Assembly: GCF_031769215.1 (NCBI RefSeq)
Contig: NW_026782129.1
Location: 930,001 to 994,000 of the forward strand
Length of the DNA stretch: 64,000 nt
Direction: 5' to 3'
Source: Ylistrum balloti
Lineage: Eukaryota
In this document: one piece after another, positions 1 to 12,895 of the stretch
How positions within the stretch are numbered: the stretch's first letter is position 1
Layout: every line of letters starts with the position of its first letter
Made by a program: the position numbers and the translations under genes
The notes under the pieces: model-generated
Told to the model about the DNA's origin: nothing
The model's input: the letters and a program-made list of their open reading frames with translations, nothing else
Databases searched by the model: none

Positions 1-71
1 TTTGATCAATTATTCAAAGGCGGTTAGGTATTCCCCAACCACAACCCCCTTGCCCTTTCTTTGTTAATTCT

Positions 72-836
72 CTAATTCGTGACGGGCTAGTACGGCAAAT
101 GAGTATTTGCGGGTTTGAGTTTTCTTTTCGGGCACGAAGTGGAGAGAAGACTTAAATATTCCCGCGTTTCGGTAGTATAGCGGGAATAGTTCGTCTTCTC
201 AGGCACGTAGAGCACGTGCGTATGCCCAGGTAAGGGTGGGTGCGCGGGTGAATAGTCATTCTCTAGCTCTCCGTCTAGCAGTGCAGTCCAGTTAATTTAG
301 TTAGTTAGTGTGCCTATCAGTATTATTATATGTAGTTGGTTTGCTCCGTTTTCTAGTCTTGCTATTTTATGCTTGCATTCCTGGCGAGGAAATCTGGAAG
401 TCTGGGTATGCTTAGTGGGAGTGTGATTGGCTGATATTGTGTTAGTGGCGCTCCGGTAGAACGATTGTTTTTATTATTTTTTTTTTTTTCGACACCGGTC
501 CTTGTGTCGGCCCGGAGAACGTATTGCAATTGGAGGTAATCGATTCCAGCCCCGTTGGACACAGGTTTCCGGGGATTATCTCCGGTTTTTCCTGGGCGCG
601 CGATACATTCTGTGATGGGAGGTGAGTATGGAGTGTCTAGGACGCTCTCGTGGGTGAGGAGTGTGTGCGTTAGGGACGTTTGCGTCACGTCTGTCGGAGT
701 GAGATTCGTACGTACAATGTATTTTCTACACCATGTATTATTAAACGCCTACTGCACTAATTCGTGACGGGCTAGTACGGCAAATGAGTATTTGCGGGTT
801 TGAGTTTTCTTTTCGGGCACGAAGTGGAGAGAAGAC
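72..836. mobile_element. End of a retroelement with B-A-B split direct repeats (Ngaro/PAT-type DIRS 3' end, or Penelope-type partial-tandem pLTR)
   Basis: An identical 80-bp sequence (CTAATTCGTGACGGG...GGAGAGAAGAC) occurs at 72-151 and 757-836, separated by a 605-bp GC-richer segment. AT-rich DNA follows 836. The element body would lie left of the window, so the class is inferred from architecture only. Confidence 0.55.
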
Positions 837-2679
837 ACAAAGAAATTTAATAGAAGGGGCGTCAAAATGAGTTTGTTATGAACAAAAATTTATCATAAAA
901 TTTGTTGTACAAGTGGTTCTACTACTAATAACACATGGTGATGCAGGCGGGGAATCGTCTAAAATTCGTTATATACAAAAAATTGTACAAACCGAGTTCG
1001 ATATAACCGATATTTACTCAATATATATGTAAGTGGTCTAACACAGGACGTAAAGAGAAAGGTTGGGATAATTGGGCGCCTATTATTCTCACAACAAAAG
1101 ACTCCCGACAAAATATAGGGATAATAAGATAAGATGTTCCCGACATCGGTCGTACAAACTTTGATCAAACCAATCACGTGATATCTCGTTCTAAAACGAG
1201 AACAAGTTAAACAACAACGGAACTACCGGACACACTAACGGAAACACGTCCAACTTTTCACACAAGAAAATAAGATATTTTCCAACTCGATCATTATGAA
1301 GACCTTAAAACTTCCTCATAATCTACATAAACCTGCATCTCTCGAAACCCTGTGTTTTGAGTTTGTCAATTACCGACAGAAACCGTGATTTGGAAACAAG
1401 CCCTTGAATATTTATCAAGTGAGTCATGTAAACACCATATGTTTGGGAAGAAAAGATATTGCTATCCGAAAACGGAAAATTCACAATAAGGCAATCGAAA
1501 TCATAAGGTTACCATACAACATGATAGATAGCAACACACATAAAAACAGTGTATTAGTATTGATATCTATAACAGCGAGGGGAAATGCAATCAATAGATT
1601 ATATCTTGTCTATTGATGAATAACAGATGTTTAATCCTGTGGTGTGGAAAGCTCTGATAGTTTCTTGATCTTTTCCACTCACTCGAAAAAACATTTCCGG
1701 CAACTGTAATTTATCAGGGATGGCACCACCTTTTAATGTTACAATTTTATAACAAGAAAATATAACTATCAATATATGTATAATTATTTTTTCACACGGA
1801 GATATACACATTAACCTTCTATCATCGCCTTAAAATAGGATGCTATGTTTAAGTTGTTGAATAAATAATCATGTATGTCAATTGCTTATTCAAGCGGAAA
1901 TGAGCATAGCCAGCTACCAATTTTTTGCGTTCATAAATGATAAACGTATATGTATATACTGGCACTTATTTAGATTATCATAGTTTTGACTAACCACTAG
2001 GTGTCATAAATTTATCAAAATCAATCTTACTGTCAGGTCTAAGAGTCTTAATTTCACGACGATGTTGTATTTCACTCATGACAACCTCTTTGTTTCTAAC
2101 ACCACAGCAGAATGTGGTGTACACATTTGCATTGCTTGATTACCGATTGGCGTGGTTGAAGACAGAACGACATTATCCATGTAACAGTCAATTTGTATGC
2201 AAACTAATTACAATTATTCCAAAAAAAATATTTTCAAAACACACACACATGGAATCGGAGACTGATAGAAACAAGCATATCTATAACTAATGAACCGAAA
2301 CATTGATTCAACCATCAGATAACGACGTCACCATGACGACTGATAACTCCTCAAATGGAGATGTAAGTTTGAGGGGTGTGTGCTCGTAAGAGCTGAAGAC
2401 TAAAGGGTTGTAGAATTCACGAAAAAATTAAAAACAAAACACAAAACAAGCAAAATAAAAAAAAATTATTGGAATTTCCTTGGCTATAAACACTTAGCCT
2501 TTGAACTTTAAAACGACGTGACGTTATCATATTACTACAGCTTACAGTAATTAGTAATCAACAATGATAAATGATGCATATTCTTATAACTACATATAAA
2601 TATATGTATCAAAGATAGGTAATTTAGGAACTTTCCTTAATTATAGAGCTAATGCACTTTCCCATCTGCATTTTGAATT

Positions 2680-2830
2680 TTTCTCAGTCGCCTCCTAGGT
2701 TTAAAATTTAGGTCCTTAGCATTACTGAGAGTCCAAGAAGGACGTAACAGCTGTATGATGTAGTTTAATTCAATGTTTGGTGCTGTTGTATCTGATTTAC
2801 ATTTGTATCAAAAAGTATTATTCACTTGTG
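2680..2830 (+). mobile_element. Decayed hammerhead-ribozyme-bearing repeat (retrozyme/PLE-like), copy 1
   Basis: Core at 2725-2755 reads CTGA-GA GTCC AAGAA GGAC GTAAC AGCT GTA. Helix I flanks are GCATTA and TGATGT. The flanks align with the copies at 4385-4860 (-), 11340-11700 and 14190-14460. Confidence 0.7.
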
Positions 2831-4384
2831 AGTTTTTGTACAATATCTAAAACACATACTTTTAAACAATACGCAACATCAAGCACTTGTCAAATTTAAC
2901 ATAACTCTTTGCGAACTAGTTCGTAAATTGTAAATATATTACTATGATGGTACTGTCGCAAGCCCGGGACATATGACTATGTATATGGCCCATTAAAAGC
3001 AGTCCTCTGCTTTATGCTTGGCAGCACCTTGGTAACTTAAGCATCCGATTTCGAAAAACACCACTTCTGCGTTTGATAGTACTTGAATAAAATCCTTATT
3101 TGTATTCAATATTTAATTTACCCAATCACCAATAAACTTTATTTCTGTGCAACGGCAATGTTCAGTGTTTCATTGGAATCAACGGAGAACATATGATATA
3201 CAGCAATCAAAAATCAATATAACGAGTCATTAAATTGACTGCATTTATTTCTGCATTGTGCAACCATTAATAGTTTTACTGTTGTGTTGAGTATTTCTGC
3301 ATGGCATGTTTACCCCAATCGATAATAAACTGCCAATCAAGAAACCAGCGTATAAAGGGAGATAATGTTAACTGGATACATATTGAAGTGGTTTCCTGGT
3401 AGATTTTACCACAAGCTGTATATTGCTGTTTTTGCTCGTTTATCGGTAAAAGGAAACTTTTCATCCTTGTTTTGATCGTTTCTTGTATCAACGAAGTAAC
3501 TAGAAACAATTATTTATTGAATACGTTTACCTATTCGGTCGTTTCCATGTTGTGTAAAATAAACTCGTTTTTGTTTTATGGAGCGCGGAATTTTGAAGCT
3601 GAATAATCACTACTTGTTCATTGAGCCTTGCTTAAATAACTTTCTATATAGATCTGATAAATTCTTCTCAATTAAAATTTAAGGAAGATAAAGAAAAACA
3701 ATAAGATTAGTATACCTATTAATTTCGATTATTTACCATACCACGAGAAGAACCTTGTCAGTTTACCAAAATACAAAAGGCTGAATATTTATTCGTTTCT
3801 TACATTACTAAGATAGGCTATTTTACTTATTTTCACCGTATTTTACGCTTGCTTCTATCACTTGAAATCATAATTCGTCCAAAAGCTTAGTAGTAAACAC
3901 CAGGTTGGCCTAATCAGATATGATGCTTACAAAAAATGAAAACCTAACCAAACTGAAACTGCAAATATTTCTAGTGTGTAAGATATTTAACGTTGATAAC
4001 AATAGGTAAACAGATCGACAAATAGTCTCTCTTCTGAACCCAGAAAACACCAAGCTATAAATAATTATGTAATCCCTAGGATACATCATACTTTTGATCT
4101 GATCACATGACTACAACGGAGAACAGAATACACATGTTAAAAACTGTCTGATGTAGTGTTAGTTCACCATTCTGGCTGATAGACACATGTGAAACCGTTT
4201 TGAAAATTCAAATTTTATATAGCTGTATCTGAAAATTTAAAATACTCCAATGTTTGGAGAATATGACATTTACTTGGTCTTATGATATTAAATTCTATAA
4301 ATAATGGGTTTGAGAAGCCTATCAACACTGTTGTAAAAATGACTAACAATCGCAAAGCATCTTTAAATGAGGCTGTACAAAAGG

Positions 4385-4860
4385 TACACATGTGAATAGC
4401 ACATTTTGATACAATTTAGAGCTAAATATAATAAAGCCAAACAATGAATCTACTGGCCTCATACAGCTGTATCGTCCTACTAGTACCCGTCAATTATGCT
4501 ACGGATCCTTATTAATTTTGATTCCAAGAAGGCGACGTAGGAAAGTCCTAAGTGATCGAAAGACAAGTCAAAATCTAGACGGGGAGGTGCACTAGTCCCA
4601 TAATTGAAATTAAAAGAATATTCATGATCAGATAACTTTAAATCAAAGTCAAGTACATGTGTATGAATTAGAACGTGGCATGTAGATTACGACAATGCAG
4701 TGTCGACCTTCTGTCTCGAAGATTGCGAGGAAAACAGTTTCAGGTCTAGCCAGACGAAGCCAGATAATGAAGCAAACTCCGCCATCATACGCTTTGTCCT
4801 TCGAGGACTCTTTAGTGATTCTAAGGGTTTAAATTGGTGAATTCTAGGAGGCGAAGAAGG
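4385..4860 (-). mobile_element. Decayed hammerhead-bearing repeat, ~1.5 tandem units with two ribozyme cores 322 nt apart
   Basis: Minus-strand cores at 4815-4788 (CTAAAGA GTCCT CGA AGGAC AAAGC GTA TGATG) and 4493-4462 (TTGACGG GTAC TAGTA GGAC GATAC AGCT GTA). The spacer carries GACACTGC and ATACACATGTACTTG motifs that also occur in the 11.3-kb copy; GACACTGC also occurs in the 14.2-kb copy. Confidence 0.7.
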
Positions 4861-5024
4861 AAGATCTTAACCGTTTCTTCAGATTGTTTGTGTGCAGCAC
4901 AGTGTTCTCAATATCTTTAGTTAACTAATAATATAACAATACCTTCATTAATAGAAACATTCAGTTTCCAGTCAATTGTTTAATACATTAGCTGTGCGAA
5001 ATTGCCATTTGTTAACTACGGTTT

Positions 5025-5144
5025 GAAATTACCAGAACCTTCCCATCTAATCGTGAAATTACCAGAACCTTCCCATCTAATCGTGAAATTACCAGAACCT
5101 TCCCATCTAATCGTGAAATTACCAGAACCTTCTCATCTAATCGT
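5025..5144. repeat. 30-bp tandem repeat, 4 copies
   Basis: GAAATTACCAGAACCTTCCCATCTAATCGT x4, with one substitution in the last copy. It explains the VKLPEPSHLI repeat of ORF 5002..5223. Confidence 0.97.
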
Positions 5145-5149
5145 TGTAG

Positions 5150-5570
5150 CCCAACAGTTTCCATTTGTAAACAAAACGAAACAAACCAACAAAAACAATA
5201 ACGATGACCGATGGTTCAAATAGCTCGTTGTAAATGAGGACCCAGTGTAAAAAATTACGTCACGATTCACACGTCGTGAATCGTGACGTAATTTGTTTAC
5301 AGTGGGTCCCCGTTCCCATTCATCTGTTTCAGACAGCCAAACATGTGCTCAAGACAAACCCAATGTTATTCAGTGAACACTTGGTTAGTCATAAGATTAC
5401 TTACCTGACCAGCAACCAGTCTGAATGGTCTGACAGACAGGTGCAGTCAACCGATAAACAGATTATTGCTAAACAAGAAACATGCTTTCATTGTATCGAG
5501 TGTCTTGTCAGATAACCGGCCAGCAGCATATCCGGCAAGATGGAAACCAGCGACTGGAGTAGAGGGGTAT
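5150..5570 (+). repeat. Left arm of a diverged ~400-bp inverted repeat flanking the Kv gene
   Basis: 5388-5412 matches the reverse complement of 8821-8845 at 23/25. 5507-5536 matches the reverse complement of 8739-8768 at 27/30. Further collinear blocks extend to ~5150 and ~9095. Confidence 0.8.
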
Positions 5571-6689
5571 TTTATATTGCAAAACAGCGATCCGTTCTAA
5601 AATATTAAGAGCCAGAGACGGTACTGAGGCCGGATTAGGTGCCAAATTAGTCACAGGGAGATCTGTTTTTAGTATTACCGGCCGGATAACAAGAAAACCG
5701 GATAAACGGTGAAAGAATAAACATGGAACCATTGTAATAAACTCGTCTTATTACTTGTATACAGTCTCAAGTATGCCCTAGGTTTAATACAAGTTAACAC
5801 AACTAAAGTACACAACAGAACACATTATCAGCTTTGAATGAAAACAAATACGTCACGTTAGTTTCTCAAGATGGACCTGGAATAGTAATGTATATATTGT
5901 AGAATGTCAATCTCTACATTATGTCACTTATAAATATATATATATATATTGAATCTAGTAATTCTGAAAATGTAGGTGTTTTTCTTATACTTGTTATAGT
6001 TTACAGTTGAAAGTGTACATAAATAAGGTATGATTGTCATATATCATTGTCATAGTATTAAAGTATATGTTATGTCTAAAAACGAGATGAAAATACCAAC
6101 ATGTAAACAGAATTTTAATTCGAACTCAGAATCGATTAAACGTGGTCAAAGCCTGATGAAGATTTACAAGGACACCCCTGAGGAAAAACAAAGAGAATAA
6201 AACTAGGTTTTCCTGAAACAAACTATGAATTACGCAGTGTCAGTGTAGTGTTAGACACAGTGCTTGGTATGGTAGTCCCTGACGATGTTTTCATGCCCCA
6301 GAACATTTGATAAGCAGACGCTGTTAATGTCAGTTATGTTTCCATAAGAGATCTTCGCGTTATACAAACAGATATTTCATGATGGTGAACGTACCAACAC
6401 TTAACGTTACTAAAAAGCATCTCATATATATCTAAATAAATAATAAAGTGATATACGTATTCGTTCGTTCTGTTTACTCGACACATTTTCAGATAAATCG
6501 TTATTGGTACTGTAAAAATGTCGGCGAACTTCTGTATTTGGATGGACGATTCCATTTCATCGATCGTACGTAGATCGCAGTTAAGATAGGTTAGAACGAG
6601 GCATTGTATTATACAAATGTCAAGTTATATAAAACCAGTACCATATACACCACTGGATTAACACGTAAAGGTGTATAACTGGTCGCAAG

Positions 6690-8543
6690 ATGGCTTTGGG
6701 GGCGAACAGACAAGAAAAAGTCAGACTCAATCTTCGGGGAGTCTTATATGAAACACAACGTACCACAATTTCTTCATTTCCTAATACATTGCTGGCCTCT
6801 CTCGATTGCGATTCTGAATACTGGGATGCTGAACGTGATGAATATTTCTTCGAAAGAGATCCGGGAGTCTTCAACTCAGTTCTTAATTTCTACACAACGC
6901 ATGAGCTTCATCTCCCAAAGAATATCTGTGGCACAGTTTTTCGCAAGGAAGTAGAGTTTTGGAAAATCCCTGTTTCTTACATTTCTGAATGTTGCTGGAA
7001 GAACTATTATGACGTTGAGGAAACAGCAGAAATAATGGGTGTTATAAAGAAAGTTGGTGAGGATGTCGTGCATTCCTCAAAACAGGACTATGGGAATATC
7101 AATTGTAATAGTACCAGGTACCGGATATGGGTTGCCCTTGACAACCCGAATGTGTCAAAGGCCGCAATGGTAAGCACATGTGTTCATTTGTACTTAACTA
7201 CAACCATACGTGGTCATATAAAATTGAAATTAGCTATTTTGCATGGCCGATAACTAATATAGTTATTGAATAAGCTCTAAGATATTTTAATAGCGTGTAA
7301 AAGAGCTGATAAATTATCTAAACCTGCTGTTGGTTAGATCTAATTCAAGGGCTTTTTATCACCATGGTCTTCATGAGAAATTCACTCCAATTGATCAGGT
7401 TGTACATTGTATGTACTCCATTGTTATTTTACTCAAACCCTCGACAACAAAATATGTTACATAATTGCCTGCTCGATTGTTATAATGCATTAACATGACT
7501 TCATTATTGGATGTTTACTTACTTCAGCACGCACTGTATATTGTTTATCACGATAACGTACATAATAGTTTTATTATCCATAAACCAGTGTACCATTCAT
7601 TAGCCGCCAAGCTTTGTCTGATAGATGGACTAATATGACATGATCATTGTTCTGGTGTTCACTGCAATAGGCTCATGTCTTAAACAAATTGAAATGAATA
7701 TGAAATCAATCACTTTTACAGGTCTGGAACTTGCTGTATATGATGGTGGTTATCGTCAGTACTCTCGTATTCTTCCTGGCATCGATGGAAGAATACCGAT
7801 CTGATCTCTACCTCTCAACTCTTAAAGAGGTACATGTTAATTATACCATACCTTCGAAGAAGCTTCGAATTTACTACTTAAAAGACATGGACCCTATACT
7901 GTTCATCACTGAATACATCTGTATGTTCATATTCACTATAGAATTACTTCTGTATGTCGTGGTGTGCCCATGTCGAAGGCAGATTATCTACAGTCCTATG
8001 AAGGTTCTTACCATGCTATTGGTATTGAGTATGTGGGTGTCATTTATATTTGAATTTTACAAAGGGATGATGATTGGGTCTCAGAATACCGCTATATGTT
8101 TTATGGTATTTCGATTCATTACTGTATTAAGAGTGGTATTAATTCTAAGACTAGAAAGACACTTTTACGCATTTCGTGTCTTGTTACATGCGATTAGAGC
8201 CAGCCTGGAAGAGTTATTTCTCTTATGTTTAGCGTTTGGTGTTGCAACTGTCATTTTCGCGTGTGCTATATTCTATGCTGAAATATTTGATGATGATACA
8301 TATGATAACCTATTCCTAGCGATGTGGTGGGTCGTTATCACGATGACAACAGTCGGATATGGAGACATCTTTCCCACTACGTCGATGGGATACGTTGTGG
8401 GGGTATCATGTGCCATTTTTGGAATCTTAATTATTGCATTGCCTATTGCCGTTATTGCCTCCAACTTTGCCAGTTTTTATTCCTGTAACAACTTTAGAAT
8501 GCGGCATTTGAAACACGTACGCGAGGAAAGGAATTCACATTAA
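6690..8543 (+). CDS. Voltage-gated potassium channel alpha-like subunit, divergent Shaw/Kv3-like, 433 aa
   Basis: join(6690..7169,7722..8543), with a phase-0 intron GTAAGC...TTTTACAG. Exon 1 encodes the T1/BTB domain (VRLNLRG..YET, EYFFERDPGVF..VLNFY, CGTVFRKEVEFW, SECCW). Exon 2 encodes S1-S6 with the pore WWVVITMTTVGYGDIFP and S6 ALPIAVIASNF. A TATA-like TATATAAAA lies at ~6624. Confidence 0.93.
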
Positions 8544-8699
8544 AATGATATGATGTACCAGACTCTACTGTATATATGTACATGAATGCTACACATTTTA
8601 ATCATTGAATATTTTCTCTATATTTAAACTTATTCAAGATAAAATTGTTGTACTTGAAACTACGTACAGCTAATAGCTTCATATTACCAAAAATGAAAA

Positions 8700-9095
8700 G
8701 CTCCTCTTATCCAGCCTCCAATTTTCGACTTGTCTCCGGCCGTATATGCTGCCGGCCGGCTATCTGACTACACACAATGAAATACTCCTACCAGTGGGTG
8801 TCGTGTTATTCAAACGTTCGCTGGTCATGTAATTAATCTTATGACTTACTAAATGTTCAATGGATACCGCTAGGTTTGTCTTTAGCAACTGTTTGGCTGT
8901 AGGAAACGTACACAAATGTCGTCACGATTCACTTGTCGTTGATTTTGTTCATTATAACGAGCTGTTTAACCGTCAGTCATCGCTTTTGTTTTGTTTTTGT
9001 GTTTGAATTTGTTTTGTTTGTCTTTTATCATTATTATTATTTTCATTGTTGTTGTTGTTGGTTTATATTTGTTAACAAATGAAAACTGTTAACGT
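8700..9095 (-). repeat. Right arm of the diverged inverted repeat flanking the Kv gene
   Basis: The reverse complement aligns collinearly with 5150-5570 (see left arm). It is interrupted by a simple-repeat expansion at ~8985-9065. Confidence 0.8.
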
Positions 9096-11339
9096 TACAG
9101 TGGTTGAAAGAGAAGGCCCTTGTCATTTCCAATGCCTTCCAAGCCATAGTTTAGCCACTGGTAATTTTGTTTACCTAATCTAGCTTGGGACGATATTGTT
9201 CACCGCTGGATAAATGTTCCAGAATCAGCAATGATTCTCTATATTCGCTCATAACAGCTTATGTAATTGTGATCTTACAACCTCATTTGAAATCCACTTT
9301 TTAGTGCTTCATATAATTTTAGCGCTGCTTTATTCGTTTGTCTTACTCAAATTGTTGTTACTGACAGGAGACAAAACGATTACAGATCATGTTATTGGTC
9401 TACATATTGTACTTCAGTAATACAGCCGCTTCATTATCACGCTGGAGTTTTGACGGTACCTTTTGAAGGAGACTACGTGTAAATCTTATTTTTCTTCATA
9501 TGTTGCCATAGTTTTATGGAATTTGAATTTGACTGATGATTATGTTGACATTTTGGTATTTTCTTGTTTTCTTTTTGTTTTTGTTTTTGTTTTGTTCTGA
9601 TGAAGCTTTCTATAATAATCAGTCATATGGTTGTGGATGTATATTACAATTTAACAGAGCCCTGAACATCCTGAATTCGTTTTGCGGGAAAAAAGAACAT
9701 TGATTGTGCATCAAGAAATTGCATACTAATTAATGGCTGACAAGGAAAGCGAATCCCGGCCGTATTAGTGGAAGGCGATTTTCCATCCACCATCTGGGCA
9801 ATATTGTTTATTGCGATAATAAAACATAGGAGCTGACATCATTCCAGTTACATTTTACAATTTAGTAATCAAATAATAATAGCTTCTTACTGACACCTTA
9901 TGTCACAAATCTGTCTAAAGCTCCATTTTTCAGAGTTATCCGTTTCGGTTTCAAATACGTTTTCAATTCTGAGGACACAACTCACATATAGACATAATTA
10001 CAAGAACTAAATTCATTTACACGTACAGAAAATAATGAAAGGTGTTTTTTTTTTTCGAAATGGAAGTGCCTATACTCTCTAAATTGATTAAGTGACTCTC
10101 TAAATGCGTTTAAATTTATATATCTGTAAATAGGAAATGTTTGTAACCTTTAACCTAATAACAAGTACCTTGTTGCCATTGATTGTCTGGTTTTACTGTA
10201 AGGCTGCTATGGAAACTCAAGAAGTCGATCCAATGATGCAGATGTGAATGAATATGTTTTGTGAAGATATTGATATATATATAATCAGCGCGATGCCGAC
10301 GACAGGACAGCAAAGACAAATGACAGTGAATCATGCTATTAAGCCAGGAGAAACATATGATTCTTCTTCTGAATCAATAGTTCTTTTTTAATACCAAATT
10401 ATACATGCATGTAGTTGTCAGCATTCATAACCATACCTGGACATACATTCAACGACCATTTGGTGTTTTAAAGTAAAAGTATACAACGTTATTGTTAATT
10501 ATTTATCATAGCGTCCGGTACAATTATCTGTTATATCATCGGATATTGTTATAGTATTGATCACGAACTTCGACTTTCAAAGCAGTGTAAATTGATGGTG
10601 TTGCCAACGCAAAGCTCTGACAGTTGTGAATAAATAGTTAAGATCAAGTGACGAATTGATGCATAAACGACACGATACAACTTGTATATAGTATTCCGGT
10701 GTATCTGGTCTTCAACATTTGTATGCTTCTGATTGTGACTTATGTATGACCTATTATTGATTTGTATTAAGTTCATATATATCTATATATATATGCTCTA
10801 CAGAAAAAAATGACGCAATTTCTTAACATGTGTTTCGAAGCTCAATAGTTCAATGATTGTCCATCTTGGGTTAAATCACTGAATGTACAAATGACTGCCC
10901 AAATGAATATATCGTCCCAAGTGTGTTTCCTTTCAATTTACAAATGATCAAATAAAGCAGCATTAAATGGCATTAAATAGCATTAAGTGCTTCGTTTTGT
11001 GAACATTCGATGAGGGAGAACAAAAATGTTGCTTATCTTGACGGTTAAATAAATAATAGGAATAGGAGTCTTTCTATCGTTTTATCAATTTCATCCTATC
11101 AAGATTTTATATGGGAAATATATTCCATACCTAGCCAGCTGGCCTTTGTTATTGAATCTGTAGCATTAAGTATCAAGATGATTAGGTCTACTGTTAGTAG
11201 ATACGCACAAATATTTCCATAACTATAACAGATAATATGTACATATGTCTTTGTCAGATAAAACATACGGAATAATTCTATTTCATAACGATTATTGATC
11301 TAATTACAAATTATATAGTGCTTCTATGATCTACAATAT

Positions 11340-11700
11340 ATGGTGATAGACACTGCTGGTTGACTTTTATTCCCTGCAGTTTGCCGTAACAAGTATGTCA
11401 CGTCTTATTTCATTCGAACAATGACACGATTCAAAATATACACATGTACTTGGCGTTATCTTGAAATCAAGCAATATTGAAATTAATGAGATTGTAAGAA
11501 TTTAGACATTTTTAATACACTTTTCGTTGATTTTTTTCCTCTGTCAACACCTAGAATTAATTATTGAGGCATCACCATTGATGAGTCTTAGAAAGACAAA
11601 ACAGCTGTATCATGCAATTTAATTCATCATTTTGATGTATTGTGTCTTTATCTTGATTCTAAATTTGTATGGAATGGTTCTAAGATTCTACATTTGTATG
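11340..11700 (+). mobile_element. Hammerhead-bearing repeat, best-preserved copy
   Basis: Core at 11578-11609 reads TTGATGA GTCTT AGA AAGAC AAAAC AGCT GTA, two transitions away from CTGATGA...GAAAC, with a perfect 5-bp helix II. The upstream body starts GGTGATAGACACTGCTGGTTGACTTTTA, homologous to 14193 onward. Confidence 0.75.
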
Positions 11701-12790
11701 AAATGGTACTAAACTCGTGTGTGTCTTTCATTCGAATCGTAGATTACATTTCAGTGTAATTTTTGTAAGTATGTTAAACATGGCAAGGTCACTTATTTCA
11801 TATCGTTGTAACAAGTTTGACATTACACCTCATTTCTTCTTAAACTGCGAGAGTCTGATTTCCTCTGTTGTATTTTGTGTACGAGTTTTATACTATTTGG
11901 AAACAAAAGGACTATTCTAATTTTTGCCTGCACAAGTTAATTTCGTCTTATAAATAGAAATGTATCTCTCAATAACTTTTTCAGAAAAGGCTTAATTTTA
12001 CGTTATTGTTAGCATTTGTTTTAAAGTAGAAATCCATATTGGGCAACGGTTCGGGAAGTGTAATAACGTTACAGTCTATATGTATTTAATTAAACTGTTT
12101 GTTTTATCACTGTAGAAGATCGATTTTCCATTCACGTTATTACAGGTACTTGTAAAGCAACTATTATTTTTAACTACCACGTCTTGAGCGAGTGCTAACT
12201 TTTTAACAAGATGTATAACAAAAAACATGTAAGTTACGTAATCAAAAGTGATACAATGTAGGCTGGCCAATGTGTGTAATTTGAAGTTGGTAATATAGTT
12301 ATCTCGTACAAGCTTCAGGACTTCGGTAAAATTAGAGTGTTCTCGTGAGAATGATAGTTGAATTCAATAAGTCATTTCAAACGATTCCCTACTCATGGGG
12401 ATTCTAAACAAAAAAAAATAACAATTTGATTAGTTTTAAACGATTCGAAAGCAATATCGTTAAAAATCGATATTTATATATGCATAATTCATATGTCGTC
12501 TTGGTGACATATGATGTACCATATCGCTTCATTATTTCCAACAGAATAATCCTGGATGAAGCTATGTAGTAACATTATAACATGGTGTGTCATAGGGTTG
12601 TCCTATGTCACAACTGTTTGGAAAACATTTGTCAACAAGAATGGCTGATCAATCAGAAGAAATTAGTAGGACCCTTATCAGACTAAATAAGTTGGGTACA
12701 CCTTGGATACTATTCAAAGTAATCGAAGTAATCAAAGATCAGTGGGGGAAATCTAACGGTATCAGCAACTACTGCTCTAGGGAAATTATA

Positions 12791-12895
12791 TGTCCTTGAT
12801 GTAAATATGAATTCTGCATGAAGTGCATCAACACATCAGATTCTCGCTATCTATGCAAAGCTAACAAAGACCTTTCTGGCATGCCACGGTTGTGC
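12791..12895 (+). pseudogene. Possible decayed PHD-finger remnant (as in LINE ORF1 proteins)
   Basis: Translates as C-P-*-C-K-Y-E-F-C-M-K-C-I-N-T-S-D-S-R-Y and, after frameshifts, F-W-x-C-H-G-C. The Cys spacing resembles the C-terminal part of a PHD finger, but one stop and two frameshifts are needed. Confidence 0.3.

Noticed and set aside
362-767. ORFs of 108 aa and 70 aa inside the split-repeat element
   Set aside because: They have no domain similarity and are expected by chance in a GC-richer terminal repeat.
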